Under the pieces are notes generated by a model. The model was not told where the DNA came from. It searched no databases and saw nothing but the letters and a program-made list of their open reading frames with translations. From Nitrosospira multiformis ATCC 25196 (GTDB lineage Bacteria; Pseudomonadota; Gammaproteobacteria; Burkholderiales; Nitrosomonadaceae): DNA of 32,000 bases. Position numbers and translations under genes: made by a program. Below are positions 1-9,356 of this stretch, one piece after another (position 1 is the stretch's first letter; each line of letters opens with the position of its first letter). Location of the stretch: contig NC_007614.1 in NCBI RefSeq assembly GCF_000196355.1, positions 750,001 through 782,000 of the forward strand, read 5' to 3'.

Positions 1-583
1 CGGTGCGGGATGAGATCGTCAGTTGCTGTGCCAGTGATTGAGCCAGATGCCGGGGGCTTCGCTTCCCGCTCTCAACTACGATATGGGCCGTCTCCCGATA
101 TAAGGGGTCACGCTGCACAAACAGTTCAGCCAGTCGTGCGCGCGGGTCGGAAGTTTGCAGCAGCGGACGGTTCTTGTCATGCCGGGTGCGGCGCCACAGG
201 TCGTCGATGGACGCTCGCAGATATATCACCGTGCCGCCGTGCTTCAGCATTGCCCGGTTTACTCCACTCAATACGGCTCCGCCTCCCGTTGCCAGAATGA
301 TATTCCTTGCATTCATGAGTTCGGACAGTATCTCGGTTTCGCGCCTGCGAAAGCCTTCTTCTCCTTCGATCTCGAAGATCGTGGGAATACTGACACCCGT
401 TCGTTTCTGTATTTCCCGATCCGAATCGTAAAAGGTTTTTTCCAGAAAATGGGAGAGGAGCCTGCCCACCGTCGTTTTTCCGGCCCCCATCATCCCGACC
501 AGAAAGATGTTTCCGGTGGCTGCGCGATCGCCAGCCTCCCCTTTCACATCAACTGCGGGAGCAACTGCATCTGTTGAAATCAT
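1..583 (-). CDS. aroK: Shikimate kinase, 3' end truncated by window edge
   Basis: Open minus-strand frame from ATG at 583 to position 1. Translation MISTDAVAPAVDVKGEAGDRAATGNIFLVGMMGAGKTTVGRLLSHFLEK contains the GxxGxGKT(T/S) P-loop in shikimate-kinase context; later VQRDPLYRETAHIVVESGK is typical. Confidence 0.9.
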   Translation of the reverse strand, partial: MISTDAVAPAVDVKGEAGDRAATGNIFLVGMMGAGKTTVGRLLSHFLEKTFYDSDREIQKRTGVSIPTIFEIEGEEGFRRRETEILSELMNARNIILATGGGAVLSGVNRAMLKHGGTVIYLRASIDDLWRRTRHDKNRPLLQTSDPRARLAELFVQRDPLYRETAHIVVESGKRSPRHLAQSLAQQLTISSRT

Positions 584-683
584 TGGGAGAATTGTAGCGG
601 AAATATAAGTATTGCACCTATTCCACTACCCGAGTTTTCAGTACTCCGGCCGATTCTTCACAGGAATATCAAAAGGCCGCTAC

Positions 684-974
684 TCATTTCTCCTCTATAG
701 GGGGCGCTTTGGTAAACTCATTCCTGTTCAGCCTGCCATCGCGGTCGATATCAAGACTGTGGAAAACCTGGGGAGACATTTTCTGCACCGCGGCTTCCTT
801 CATGGTTATGTACCCATCCTCGTCGGCGTCGTACAGTTCCCAGGGGGGCATGATAACCTCACGCGCATCCGGTTTCCTTCCCGGCGGGGCTTCCGCGAGA
901 ACCAGCGCCGGAAGGGCGAAAGCGACGATGATCAACGAAATGCCAAGGCTTCCTGATACGTGGCGATTTTTCAA
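684..974 (-). CDS. Small secreted EF-hand domain protein
   Basis: 96 aa, N-terminal signal-like hydrophobic stretch, two EF-hand loops (DADEDGYITMKEA, DIDRDGRLNRNEF). TTG start with GGAG 5 nt upstream. Confidence 0.75.
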   Translation of the reverse strand: MKNRHVSGSLGISLIIVAFALPALVLAEAPPGRKPDAREVIMPPWELYDADEDGYITMKEAAVQKMSPQVFHSLDIDRDGRLNRNEFTKAPPIEEK

Positions 975-1071
975 ATCAGCTCCACTGGTTGCGGTTGGAG
1001 TTGCGGTTGCATGTAGGGAGGGGGCGGAGGAAGAAAAAACTCCCCCCGGCCGTATGGATCGGATTCCTCAC

Positions 1072-1152
1072 CTAATTCATCAGAAAGTAAACGATGATTA
1101 AAACAAACGCGGGTACACCCAGAAGCCAGGCGATAAAATATTTTCCCATCAT
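1072..1152 (-). CDS. Very small single-pass membrane peptide (25-26 aa)
   Basis: Revcomp reads (ATG)ATGGGAAAATATTTTATCGCC...CTGATGAATTAG = (M)MGKYFIAWLLGVPAFVLIIVYFLMN*, preceded by CGGGAG; below the ORF-track length cut-off. Confidence 0.6.
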   Translation of the reverse strand: MMGKYFIAWLLGVPAFVLIIVYFLMN

Positions 1153-1244
1153 AATTCTCCCGAGAAAATTGGAAAACCTTTCTCCATGAACAATTTTTTC
1201 CTGTGCTTTTTAAGTCTGGTGCTTTTATTACTCCTGCATTCCAG

Positions 1245-1592
1245 TTACATCCGCTGCCGGGAATTCAGCGACCTTATCACCGCCGGCAGAACCTCACGCA
1301 TCACCAGCGTTCTTGCGCTGCTGCCCAAGACCCCGGACGATAAGGCAATGCCGCTTTTTATCGCTTTGCTCAACGATCTGGAGGGTACTGCCGATAACAC
1401 GGCCAACAAACCGAGCGAGATAGAGTAGGGGTGGCGCGCTATGAACCTGAATGTCCGGCTGCGCGGAAAAACATCATCGCCCGTCACCTGCGTCTCCTCA
1501 TCCTCATGTCCATACCTGGATCGATATTCCCTGCGGGTGGCATGCATCCGCTCCAACAACGCCTTTTTTTCATATTCCAGCGAGGTGCTCAT
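1245..1592 (-). CDS. YqjK-like / hypothetical membrane-associated protein
   Basis: 115 aa with central hydrophobic segment; start ATG overlaps the stop of the upstream holin-family gene (ATGA). Confidence 0.6.
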   Translation of the reverse strand: MSTSLEYEKKALLERMHATRREYRSRYGHEDEETQVTGDDVFPRSRTFRFIARHPYSISLGLLAVLSAVPSRSLSKAIKSGIALSSGVLGSSARTLVMREVLPAVIRSLNSRQRM

Positions 1593-1957
1593 ACGATATC
1601 CTTCATCAGCTTGATATCCTGCTGTAGTTCATCACGCACGGTATCAAAAGCTGAAACAGAATCTGTCTGACCGGGGGTTGCGAAATAAACTACAAAGGCA
1701 GTCAAGGCATAGAAAGCGACAATCCCCCAGGCTGAGACCACGCGATAGGGGGTGTCCCAGAAAGTAACGATAACGGCAACTCCTGCGAACACAAGACTCA
1801 GGACGGAGAGAAACGTTATCACGACGTAGCCGATCAGGCGGCGCTTGAAGTTCCTTCCCTGAATCTCCACGGATATTTTTATCAGCTCAATGTATTCGCT
1901 GAGGCGTTCCAGGATGAGAACTCCAATTTCTTTCGCTTTTTTAATGGTCTCAAACAT
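1589..1957 (-). CDS. yqjE: YqjE / phage holin superfamily (PF07332-like) inner-membrane protein
   Basis: 122 aa, two hydrophobic helices (LIGYVVITFLSVLSLVFAGVAVIVTFW; VSAWGIVAFYALTAFVVYFA), located directly downstream of a YqjD/ElaB-type gene. Confidence 0.65.
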   Translation of the reverse strand: MFETIKKAKEIGVLILERLSEYIELIKISVEIQGRNFKRRLIGYVVITFLSVLSLVFAGVAVIVTFWDTPYRVVSAWGIVAFYALTAFVVYFATPGQTDSVSAFDTVRDELQQDIKLMKDIV

Positions 1958-1993
1958 GGCGATTCATCTCGGGCTAAGTGGCGGACACGCAGC

Positions 1994-2407
1994 TTAGCGA
2001 CGGGCCAGCAACAGGCCGATTATCAGGCCGATCCCAGCCGCGTAGCCAACCGATTGAAGAGGGTGTTCACGTATACACTCCTTCGAGCTCTCGAGGGCAT
2101 AGTCGAATTGCTCTTGGGCGTCCTCCGCCAGGTCGTGGGCAGCCGCGCGGGTGTCAGCAATTTTTGCCATGAGTTTTTCCTTGGCTTCTTCCAGATCAAC
2201 GTCTGACAGATTGGGAATGCGGGAAATGAGATCATCCAGGTCAGCTCTCAGCTTTGCAAATTCGTCCCTTGCCACCGAGCCCACTTCCTGGCCTGCCGAT
2301 TTCGCTGCCCGACCTACACGCCGGGCCGCATCGCCCGCATGCTGAGTCATATTTTCCGCAGCTTCCTGAGTATCGCTCACCGCATTCTTTGAGTTATCCT
2401 GTGCCAT
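1994..2407 (-). CDS. YqjD/ElaB (DUF883) family membrane-anchored protein
   Basis: 137 aa, long amphipathic helix, C-terminal VREHPLQS-type motif (IREHPLQSVGYAAGIGLIIGLLLARR); AGGAG RBS before ATG. Confidence 0.8.
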   Translation of the reverse strand: MAQDNSKNAVSDTQEAAENMTQHAGDAARRVGRAAKSAGQEVGSVARDEFAKLRADLDDLISRIPNLSDVDLEEAKEKLMAKIADTRAAAHDLAEDAQEQFDYALESSKECIREHPLQSVGYAAGIGLIIGLLLARR

Positions 2408-2483
2408 GTTTTTCTCCTTTTACTTTTAATGGTTTCGTTGAAAGATAGGCGGTACTTGTTTAGTACGCGTCAGGTGCCAGTTT

Positions 2484-2503
2484 CCGGCAGTTGCGACTGC
2501 CGG
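2484..2503. other. Perfect stem-loop (8-bp stem, 4-nt loop)
   Basis: CCGGCAGT TGCG ACTGCCGG read directly, about 80 nt upstream of the DUF883 gene. Confidence 0.6.
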
Positions 2504-2640
2504 TCTGTTCGTTGACACACATAGCACATCCGTAGCTTCCAATCCGCAGATTCCTCCGGTTCCCCTTTGCCAGTAGTGGGACACTCCTTTTCCCTGAATA
2601 GTGGACCGCTGGATCCGTGCCTGGCGTTGCGCAAGTTCAA

Positions 2641-2670
2641 TTGAGTGAATCAATTCAGGAATGGTATAAT
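2641..2670 (+). promoter_or_regulatory. Candidate sigma70 extended -10 promoter for rpsB operon
   Basis: TTGAGT (2641-2646) N18 TATAAT (2665-2670) with TGG immediately before the -10; inverted repeat AATTGA-GTGAA-TCAATT (2639-2655) overlaps the -35. Confidence 0.55.
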
Positions 2671-2927
2671 CTATAGTTAACTCGGCCCCGCCCAGTTTTG
2701 CAGAGTCAGGTTTGTTTGCAGGATTGCGTCCTGCTGCCATTTTTCCGCTGGTACTGCTTCGCGGCGCTACAGTTGCTGCGGTAGCGTTCACTACTGCATC
2801 CGGATGGGACGGTCAAGTTAAACTAAACGTCGTTCAAATTCACACATCTGCCTGTTTCGAAAAGGGTGCTCTGCATTGAAGCGGAGCGACTATGGCGATG
2901 GAGGTTCAACCCTTAAAGGAGGAATTC

Positions 2928-3674
2928 ATGTCAGTAACAATGCGGCAAATGCTGGAGGCGGGCGTCCATTTCGGGCATCAGACCCGCTTCTGGAGTCCCA
3001 AGATGGCGCCCTATATTTTTGGCCATCGCAACAAGATACACATCATCAATCTGGAAAAAACGCTGGTGATGTATCAGGAAGCGATGAATTACGTGCGTCA
3101 GTTGGCGGCCAACAAGGGCACGATTTTATTTGTCGGGACCAAGCGCCAGGCACGGGACATCGTGCGCGAGGAAGCGATGCGCTGCGGGTCGCCCTTCGTC
3201 GACCAGCGCTGGCTCGGCGGAATGCTCACCAACTTCAAGACGATCAAGCAATCCGTTAAAAGACTCCATGATATGGAAACGATGATGGAGGATGGAACAC
3301 TCGACAAGCTTTCCAAGAAAGAAGCATTGGATCTGCAGCGCGAACTGGAAAAACTCAATCGCAGTCTGGGAGGCATCAAGGACATGAAGAATCTGCCGGA
3401 TGCCATGTTCGTCATTGATGTCGGCTATCAGAAAGGGGCAATAACCGAGGCCAGGAAGCTTGGTATTCCTATTGTCGGTATTGTGGACAGTAACCATAGT
3501 CCGGCCGGGGTGGATTATGTCATTCCTGGCAACGATGATTCTAGTCAGGCAATTCGCCTTTATGCCCGCGGTGTCGCGGACGCCATTCTGGAAGGCCGGA
3601 ATCAGGCTATCCAGGAAATTGTACAAGGCGATTTCGAGGAAGCGGATGAGGCAGTGGCCGGCGAACAGGGATAA
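2928..3674 (+). CDS. rpsB: 30S ribosomal protein S2
   Basis: [45 protein letters not shown]..., AAAGGAGG RBS just upstream; followed by tsf. Confidence 0.97.
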
Positions 3675-3688
3675 ATTTCGTCGGAGTG

Positions 3689-3733
3689 GGCACGTGAATC
3701 TGTGCCGGGGCGCATATCCAGCGCTTCTTTTTT
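3689..3733 (+). terminator. Attenuator-like element between rpsB and tsf
   Basis: Hairpin GGCAC-GTGAATCT-GTGCC (3689-3706), then GGCGC-ATATCCA-GCGCT (3709-3725) followed by TCTTTTTT. Confidence 0.4.
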
Positions 3734-3753
3734 GAAAATTATCTGGAGCGAAT

Positions 3754-4662
3754 ATGGCGGAAATCACCGCACAAATGGTGAAGGAATTGCGCGAGATAAC
3801 GGGTCTCGGCATGATGGAGTGTAAGAAGGCCTTAACTGAAGCCAGCGGAGACATGAAAGCCGCGGAAGACCTTCTGCGGATCAAGAGTGGCGCCAAAGCG
3901 AGCAAGGCAGCCGGACGGACTGCAGCGGAAGGGATAGTGGCGGCCCATATCGCGCGTGACGGCAAGAGCGGCGCGCTGGTGGAAGTCAACTGCGAAACCG
4001 ATTTTGTCGCAAGGAACGAAGACTTCATCGGCTTTGCGCATAGCCTTGCAGAATTGCTGACAACGGAAAGCATAGGGGACAACGAAGCGCTCGCAAATGC
4101 CAGGCTGTCAAACGGCGAAAGCGTGGAGGAGTTCCGGAAAGCGTTGGTAATGAAGCTGGGTGAAAATATCAGCATACGCCGTTTTGCGCGCCATCAGGTA
4201 GCCGGTGCGCAGGATCGTCTGGCCTCCTATCTGCACGGTGCAAAAATAGGCGTCATGGTCGATTATACGGGTGGCGATCCGGCCTTGGGCAAGGACCTCG
4301 CAATGCATATCGCCGCCAGCAAGCCGGTGTGCGTATCAAGCGAGCAGGTTTCTCCGGAGCTGCTGGAGCGTGAACGCCAGATATATACCGCCCAGGCAGC
4401 GGAGAGCGGAAAGCCAGCCGATATCGTTGCGCGCATGGTCGATGGGCGTATTGCCAAATATCTCGCCGAGATAACGCTTCTGGGGCAACCGTTTGTCAAA
4501 AATCCGGATCAGACGGTGAAACAGCTGCTCGCGGAAAAATCTGCTCAGGTCAACGGTTTTACCTTGTATATCGTTGGGGAAGGGATAGAAAAGAAATCTG
4601 GCGACTTTGCTGCCGAAGTCATGGCGCAGGTGGGTCAGGCCAAACAGGAAAAAGCGTCTTAG
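3754..4662 (+). CDS. tsf: Elongation factor Ts
   Basis: [33 protein letters not shown]... canonical EF-Ts N-terminus; 302 aa. Confidence 0.97.
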   Translation: MAEITAQMVKELREITGLGMMECKKALTEASGDMKAAEDLLRIKSGAKASKAAGRTAAEGIVAAHIARDGKSGALVEVNCETDFVARNEDFIGFAHSLAELLTTESIGDNEALANARLSNGESVEEFRKALVMKLGENISIRRFARHQVAGAQDRLASYLHGAKIGVMVDYTGGDPALGKDLAMHIAASKPVCVSSEQVSPELLERERQIYTAQAAESGKPADIVARMVDGRIAKYLAEITLLGQPFVKNPDQTVKQLLAEKSAQVNGFTLYIVGEGIEKKSGDFAAEVMAQVGQAKQEKAS

Positions 4663-4676
4663 CCGCCGGATTGCTC

Positions 4677-5393
4677 ATGACCATACCCGCTTATAAACGC
4701 ATCCTGCTGAAGCTCTCGGGCGAAGCTCTCATGGGTGACGATAGTTATGGCATCAACCGGGATGTAATCGAACGAATCGTGGCCGAGATAGCCGAAGTGA
4801 ATCAGCTGGGTGTCGAGGTTGCGGTAGTGATAGGAGGGGGCAACATTTTCCGGGGAATGACCTCCTCCGCGGAAGGCATGGACCGGGCCACCGCGGACTA
4901 TATGGGGATGCTGGCCACCGTCATGAATGCGCTGGCGTTACAGGATGCGATGCGGCGTGCCGGTCTGGTGAGCAGGGTGCAATCCGCCCTCCGCATCGAT
5001 CAGGTGGTGGAACCGTATATTCGGGGCAAGGCCATACGCTATCTGGAGGAGGGCAAAATAGTCATTTTTGCCGCCGGCACGGGTAATCCATTTTTTACGA
5101 CCGATACAGCGGCGGCTCTGCGGGGAATGGAGATGAACGTGGATATCGTGCTCAAGGCCACCAAGGTCGATGGGGTATATACCACCGATCCCAAAATAAA
5201 TCCGGATGCAGAACGCTACCAGAGACTGTCGTTTGATACTGCCATTGCCGAGAATCTCAAGGTGATGGATGCCACCGCGCTGACTTTGTGCCGCGACCAG
5301 AAGCTTCCGCTCAAAGTCTTCAGTATCTTCAAGGCGGAGGCGTTGAGACGGGTAGTCATGGGCGAGGAAGAGGGCACGTTGGTGGAGGTCTGA
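4677..5393 (+). CDS. pyrH: UMP kinase
   Basis: [25 protein letters not shown]...[11 protein letters not shown]...[13 protein letters not shown]; start could be TTG 4671 or ATG 4677. Confidence 0.95.
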   Translation: MTIPAYKRILLKLSGEALMGDDSYGINRDVIERIVAEIAEVNQLGVEVAVVIGGGNIFRGMTSSAEGMDRATADYMGMLATVMNALALQDAMRRAGLVSRVQSALRIDQVVEPYIRGKAIRYLEEGKIVIFAAGTGNPFFTTDTAAALRGMEMNVDIVLKATKVDGVYTTDPKINPDAERYQRLSFDTAIAENLKVMDATALTLCRDQKLPLKVFSIFKAEALRRVVMGEEEGTLVEV

Positions 5394-5530
5394 GGGCTTT
5401 CTGGCTACCTTGGCCATATGGCCGCATTATAGTAGGGGCCATAGCTTGGAATTGCCGTCATCGTGCCGCGGCATGGACGCCAAACAGTGACGTCCCGGGT
5501 TATATATCATTTACGTCATTTCTAACTATC

Positions 5531-6088
5531 ATGATTGCCGAGATAAAAAAATCCGCCGAGCAGAAAATGCAGAAAAGCCTGGAAGCATTGAAACTGGACC
5601 TGGGCAAGATACGAACCGGACGCGCCCATACAGGTCTGCTGGATCACGTTACTGTGGATTATTACGGGAACCCCACCGCAATCAACCAGGTGGCAAACAT
5701 CAGCCTTGCGGATGCCCGCACCATTACCGTAGCGCCATGGGAAAAGAAGATGCTGGGGGCGATAGAAAAAGCTATCCGCAATTCAGACCTGGGTTTGAAT
5801 CCCACGACCGTAGGCGAATTGATCCGCGTACCCATGCCGCCGCTTACCGAGGAACGGAGGCGCGATCTCACCAAGGTGGTAAAGCATGAGGGGGAAGCGG
5901 CGCGCGTGGCGATGCGAAACATTCGCCGGGACGCAAATGCGCACCTGAAGGACTTGCTCAAGGAAAAAAAGATTGCCGAAGATGAAGAACGCAAGGGGCA
6001 GGAGGATATCCAGAAACTTACCGATCGCTATATTGCGGATATAGACAAGCTCCTTCAGGCCAAAGAAGCCGAACTGATGGCCGTATAA
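5531..6088 (+). CDS. frr: Ribosome recycling factor
   Basis: [40 protein letters not shown]...; 185 aa; internal ATG of the longer track ORF. Confidence 0.97.
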   Translation: MIAEIKKSAEQKMQKSLEALKLDLGKIRTGRAHTGLLDHVTVDYYGNPTAINQVANISLADARTITVAPWEKKMLGAIEKAIRNSDLGLNPTTVGELIRVPMPPLTEERRRDLTKVVKHEGEAARVAMRNIRRDANAHLKDLLKEKKIAEDEERKGQEDIQKLTDRYIADIDKLLQAKEAELMAV

Positions 6089-6201
6089 TGGAGTAATATT
6101 GCGGGAAGTGACAGTACATGTCTCCGCTTGGCTGTTCTGGAAAGCCGGACCTGAAATAAAAATACCCTTGATTTCAATTTTGAATCTCAACCGTATTCTC
6201 C

Positions 6202-6999
6202 ATGCCAACCATCGTCAGTTCGACCCGGGAAATACCTGAAACTGGAGAAATTCCCCAGCACGTCGCCATTATCATGGACGGCAATGGACGCTGGGCAAAA
6301 AACCGGTTCATGCCGCGCATGGCAGGCCACAAGCGTGGAGTGGAGACAGTACGTTCCGCAATCCGGGCCTGCATGGAGCGAGGTGTCAAATATCTGACGT
6401 TATTTGCCTTCAGCAGCGAAAACTGGCGCAGGCCACCTGAAGAAGTCGCATTCCTGATGCAGTTGTTCATAAGCGTGCTGGAGCAGGAGGTATCCAAGCT
6501 GCATGAGAACGGTATCCGCTTCAAGGTAATCGGAGATCTATCGAAATTCGAACCGAAGATAGTCGAGTTCATACGCAACGGCGAAGCGCTCACGGCCGCC
6601 AATGAACGGTTTACGCTTACTATCGCGGCCAATTACGGCGGACGGTGGGATATCATGCAAGCTGTTCGAAAAATGCTTGCCGAATGCCCCCACCTGGCGA
6701 CGACTTTCGATGAAAAAGACCTGATGCAGTATTTTGCCCTCAACCATGCACCGGAACCCGATCTATTCATTCGTACGGGAGGCGAGAAGCGCATCAGCAA
6801 TTTCCTTCTCTGGCAACTGGCATACACCGAACTCTATTTTACCGACACGTTATGGCCGGATTTTGATGCGCGCGCTCTGGATCTCGCTATCCAGTCCTAT
6901 CAGCAACGCGAACGCCGATTTGGACGAACCAGCGAGCAGCTTCAGGCAGCGTCATCCTTGCGTGGGGGCAGAGAAGTCGCCGTGAAAGCGACGGCATAG
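6202..6999 (+). CDS. uppS: Isoprenyl (undecaprenyl) diphosphate synthase
   Basis: [28 protein letters not shown]...[11 protein letters not shown]...[27 protein letters not shown]. Confidence 0.96.
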   Translation: MPTIVSSTREIPETGEIPQHVAIIMDGNGRWAKNRFMPRMAGHKRGVETVRSAIRACMERGVKYLTLFAFSSENWRRPPEEVAFLMQLFISVLEQEVSKLHENGIRFKVIGDLSKFEPKIVEFIRNGEALTAANERFTLTIAANYGGRWDIMQAVRKMLAECPHLATTFDEKDLMQYFALNHAPEPDLFIRTGGEKRISNFLLWQLAYTELYFTDTLWPDFDARALDLAIQSYQQRERRFGRTSEQLQAASSLRGGREVAVKATA

Positions 7000-7043
7000 C
7001 TTCAACCCGTTCCGATCCGTGCTTTTTACTGATCGTCTCAACT

Positions 7044-7856
7044 ATGCTCCGGGCACGGATTCTTACCGCCGTCATTATGCTATCCGTCTTTCTGGCGGCG
7101 TTATTCCATCTGTCTTCCATCTTCTGGATGGCGCTACTGCTAGCGCTGACAACCGCCGGTTCGCTGGAGTGGACCCGGCTTGCCAGGTTCTCTCTCAACC
7201 ATACCATCGCTTATCTTTTATTGACGGTACTGCTGGCAAGCGAGCTTCTGTATGGATTGAGCGAGGCAATTGCCGTTGATCCCTATACGCCCTCATTCCT
7301 GGGGGTTTACGTTGCATCGCTGATATTCTGGATCTTCGGCGCGACGATTTTCCTGAAATCGAAGCGTCCTGTCGGGAATGTCGTCCTGCTGGCGTTTATC
7401 GGCTGGCTGGTGCTGTTGCCGACCTGTCTTGCGTTATATCAGCTGCGCGCAATCGATCCGCTCCTCCTGCTCGGTTTCATGGGCACCATTTGGCTATCCG
7501 ATACAGCGGCGTATTTTTCGGGACGGACCTGGGGAAAAAACAAACTTGCGCCGAGCATCAGTCCCGGCAAAACCTGGGAGGGTGTGGCTGGAGCCCTTGT
7601 TGTGGTACTGGTTTATGCGCTTATCTGGAGCTACAGCGAGGAGGACATTCCTGCCACGTTATTGATCCCGCTGCTGCTGCTTCTTGCCGCGCTGGGAATC
7701 CTGGGCGATTTATTTGAATCGCTGATGAAGCGTCACGCCGGACTCAAGGACAGCGGCACTATTTTGCCGGGCCACGGTGGTATACTTGACAGGATCGATG
7801 CGCTGACTTCAACCCTGCCCATTGCGGCTCTGGCACTTCTCCTGCTACATACCTGA
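7044..7856 (+). CDS. cdsA: Phosphatidate cytidylyltransferase
   Basis: Polytopic membrane protein with [13 protein letters not shown] and the C-terminal [22 protein letters not shown] signature. Confidence 0.95.
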   Translation: MLRARILTAVIMLSVFLAALFHLSSIFWMALLLALTTAGSLEWTRLARFSLNHTIAYLLLTVLLASELLYGLSEAIAVDPYTPSFLGVYVASLIFWIFGATIFLKSKRPVGNVVLLAFIGWLVLLPTCLALYQLRAIDPLLLLGFMGTIWLSDTAAYFSGRTWGKNKLAPSISPGKTWEGVAGALVVVLVYALIWSYSEEDIPATLLIPLLLLLAALGILGDLFESLMKRHAGLKDSGTILPGHGGILDRIDALTSTLPIAALALLLLHT

Positions 7857-7858
7857 TC

Positions 7859-9046
7859 ATGATCGCTGTTCGTCATCTCACTATTCTGGGTTCCACAGGA
7901 AGCATCGGCGTAAGCACGCTCGATGTAGTGGCGCGTCACCCCGACCGCTTTCGCGTGGTAGCCCTTACCGCGAACAAGAGCGTGCAGAAAATTCTGGAAC
8001 AATGCCGGCGTTTTGAGCCGCGCTATGCGGTGCTGCTGGATGAGGCCAGCGCCGAACTACTGCAGGTGGAAATTCGCCGGGCTGGCCTTGCCACTGAAGT
8101 GCTGTGGGGGGTGGATTCGCTGGAAAAGGTCGCTTCGCTGCCGGACGTGGATACAGTGATGGCAGCGATCGTGGGGGCGGCGGGGATACGTCCGACATTT
8201 GCAGCGGCTGCGACCGGCAAGCGGGTATTGCTTGCCAACAAGGAAACAATGGTGATGGCGGGACGCATATTCACGGACGTGGTCAAGGAAAATCATGCCA
8301 CGCTGCTCCCGATCGATAGTGAACACAATGCCATTTTCCAATCCCTGCCGCAGCACTTCAGTGGGGATCTGCGCGCGGTGGGCGTGCGTCGCATTCTGCT
8401 GACCGCATCAGGCGGGCCCTTTCGGCAGATGCCCTTGGCCGCACTGGAAAATGTAACCCCCGGGCAGGCATGTGCTCATCCCAACTGGGTAATGGGGCAG
8501 AAAATTTCGGTGGATTCCGCTACCATGATGAACAAGGGACTCGAAGTCATCGAAGCGCACTGGTTGTTCGAAGCCTCGCCCGAGCAAATAGAGGTCGTCG
8601 TTCACCCGCAGAGCATCATTCATTCCATGGTCGAGTATGTGGATGGCTCGGTATTGGCACAACTGGGTAATCCTGATATGCGTACTCCCATTGCCCATGC
8701 ACTCGGCTTCCCTGAACGGATCGAGACCGGAGTCAACCCCCTGGATATGTTCAAGGTTGCCCGGCTCGATTTCGAGGCCCCCGATTTTGAACGCTTTCCC
8801 TGTCTACGGCTGGCATATCAGGCGCTGGCAAGCGGCGGGAGTGCCCCCGCTGTGCTGAATGCCGCCAATGAAGTGGCGGTGGATTCCTTTCTCAAATGTC
8901 TAATGCCCTTCACGTCCATTCCCGCCATGATCGAGGATGTCATGCAGACAATTGGCCGCCGGGACATCGCGACTCTGGATGATGTGCTGGCAGCGGACGG
9001 CATGGCGCGCGAAGCGGCCCAAGAATGGCTGACGTGTCTGGCGTAA
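7859..9046 (+). CDS. dxr: 1-deoxy-D-xylulose 5-phosphate reductoisomerase
   Basis: [25 protein letters not shown]...[12 protein letters not shown]...[11 protein letters not shown]...[18 protein letters not shown]. Confidence 0.97.
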   Translation: MIAVRHLTILGSTGSIGVSTLDVVARHPDRFRVVALTANKSVQKILEQCRRFEPRYAVLLDEASAELLQVEIRRAGLATEVLWGVDSLEKVASLPDVDTVMAAIVGAAGIRPTFAAAATGKRVLLANKETMVMAGRIFTDVVKENHATLLPIDSEHNAIFQSLPQHFSGDLRAVGVRRILLTASGGPFRQMPLAALENVTPGQACAHPNWVMGQKISVDSATMMNKGLEVIEAHWLFEASPEQIEVVVHPQSIIHSMVEYVDGSVLAQLGNPDMRTPIAHALGFPERIETGVNPLDMFKVARLDFEAPDFERFPCLRLAYQALASGGSAPAVLNAANEVAVDSFLKCLMPFTSIPAMIEDVMQTIGRRDIATLDDVLAADGMAREAAQEWLTCLA

Positions 9047-9047
9047 A

Positions 9048-9356
9048 GTGTCGCAATCATTGGCCTTTCCGGCAGGTCGGACAACGGTTTATCCACCCCT
9101 TCTGAAGAAAGCTTCTCATTCATCCCGGGGAGCTGGCCAGTCGGCTGATTCCGGTCGCGCTTATACGCGCATTATGGCAGATATGAGCCTGCGGAGCGTC
9201 GGGTCCATTTGGGCGGGCAACTCTACCGGTTTCATCGTTTGCGTAAGTCCCATCAGTTCCAATTGCGGCTTCCATTTCATCCATGCGAAGATGGAAGACT
9301 TCTTTTACTTCCCCGTATCAGAGAGTCTGCCGGAACGCAGACCTGTAGAAGCATGA
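9048..9356 (+). CDS. Doubtful 102-aa ORF filling the dxr-rseP gap
   Basis: GTG start 1 nt after dxr stop; TGA stop overlaps rseP ATG (ATGA). No family recognised; no clear RBS. Confidence 0.25.
   Translation: MSQSLAFPAGRTTVYPPLLKKASHSSRGAGQSADSGRAYTRIMADMSLRSVGSIWAGNSTGFIVCVSPISSNCGFHFIHAKMEDFFYFPVSESLPERRPVEA

Noticed and set aside
2426-2791. 121-aa minus-strand ORF upstream of DUF883 and divergent to rpsB, where map often lies
   Set aside because: No MetAP motifs, low-complexity-like composition, and it spans the strong stem-loops and the candidate rpsB promoter; more likely intergenic.
3126-4175. 349-aa minus-strand ORF
   Set aside because: Entirely antisense to and across rpsB/tsf, whose coding identity is certain; a by-product of GC-rich codon usage.
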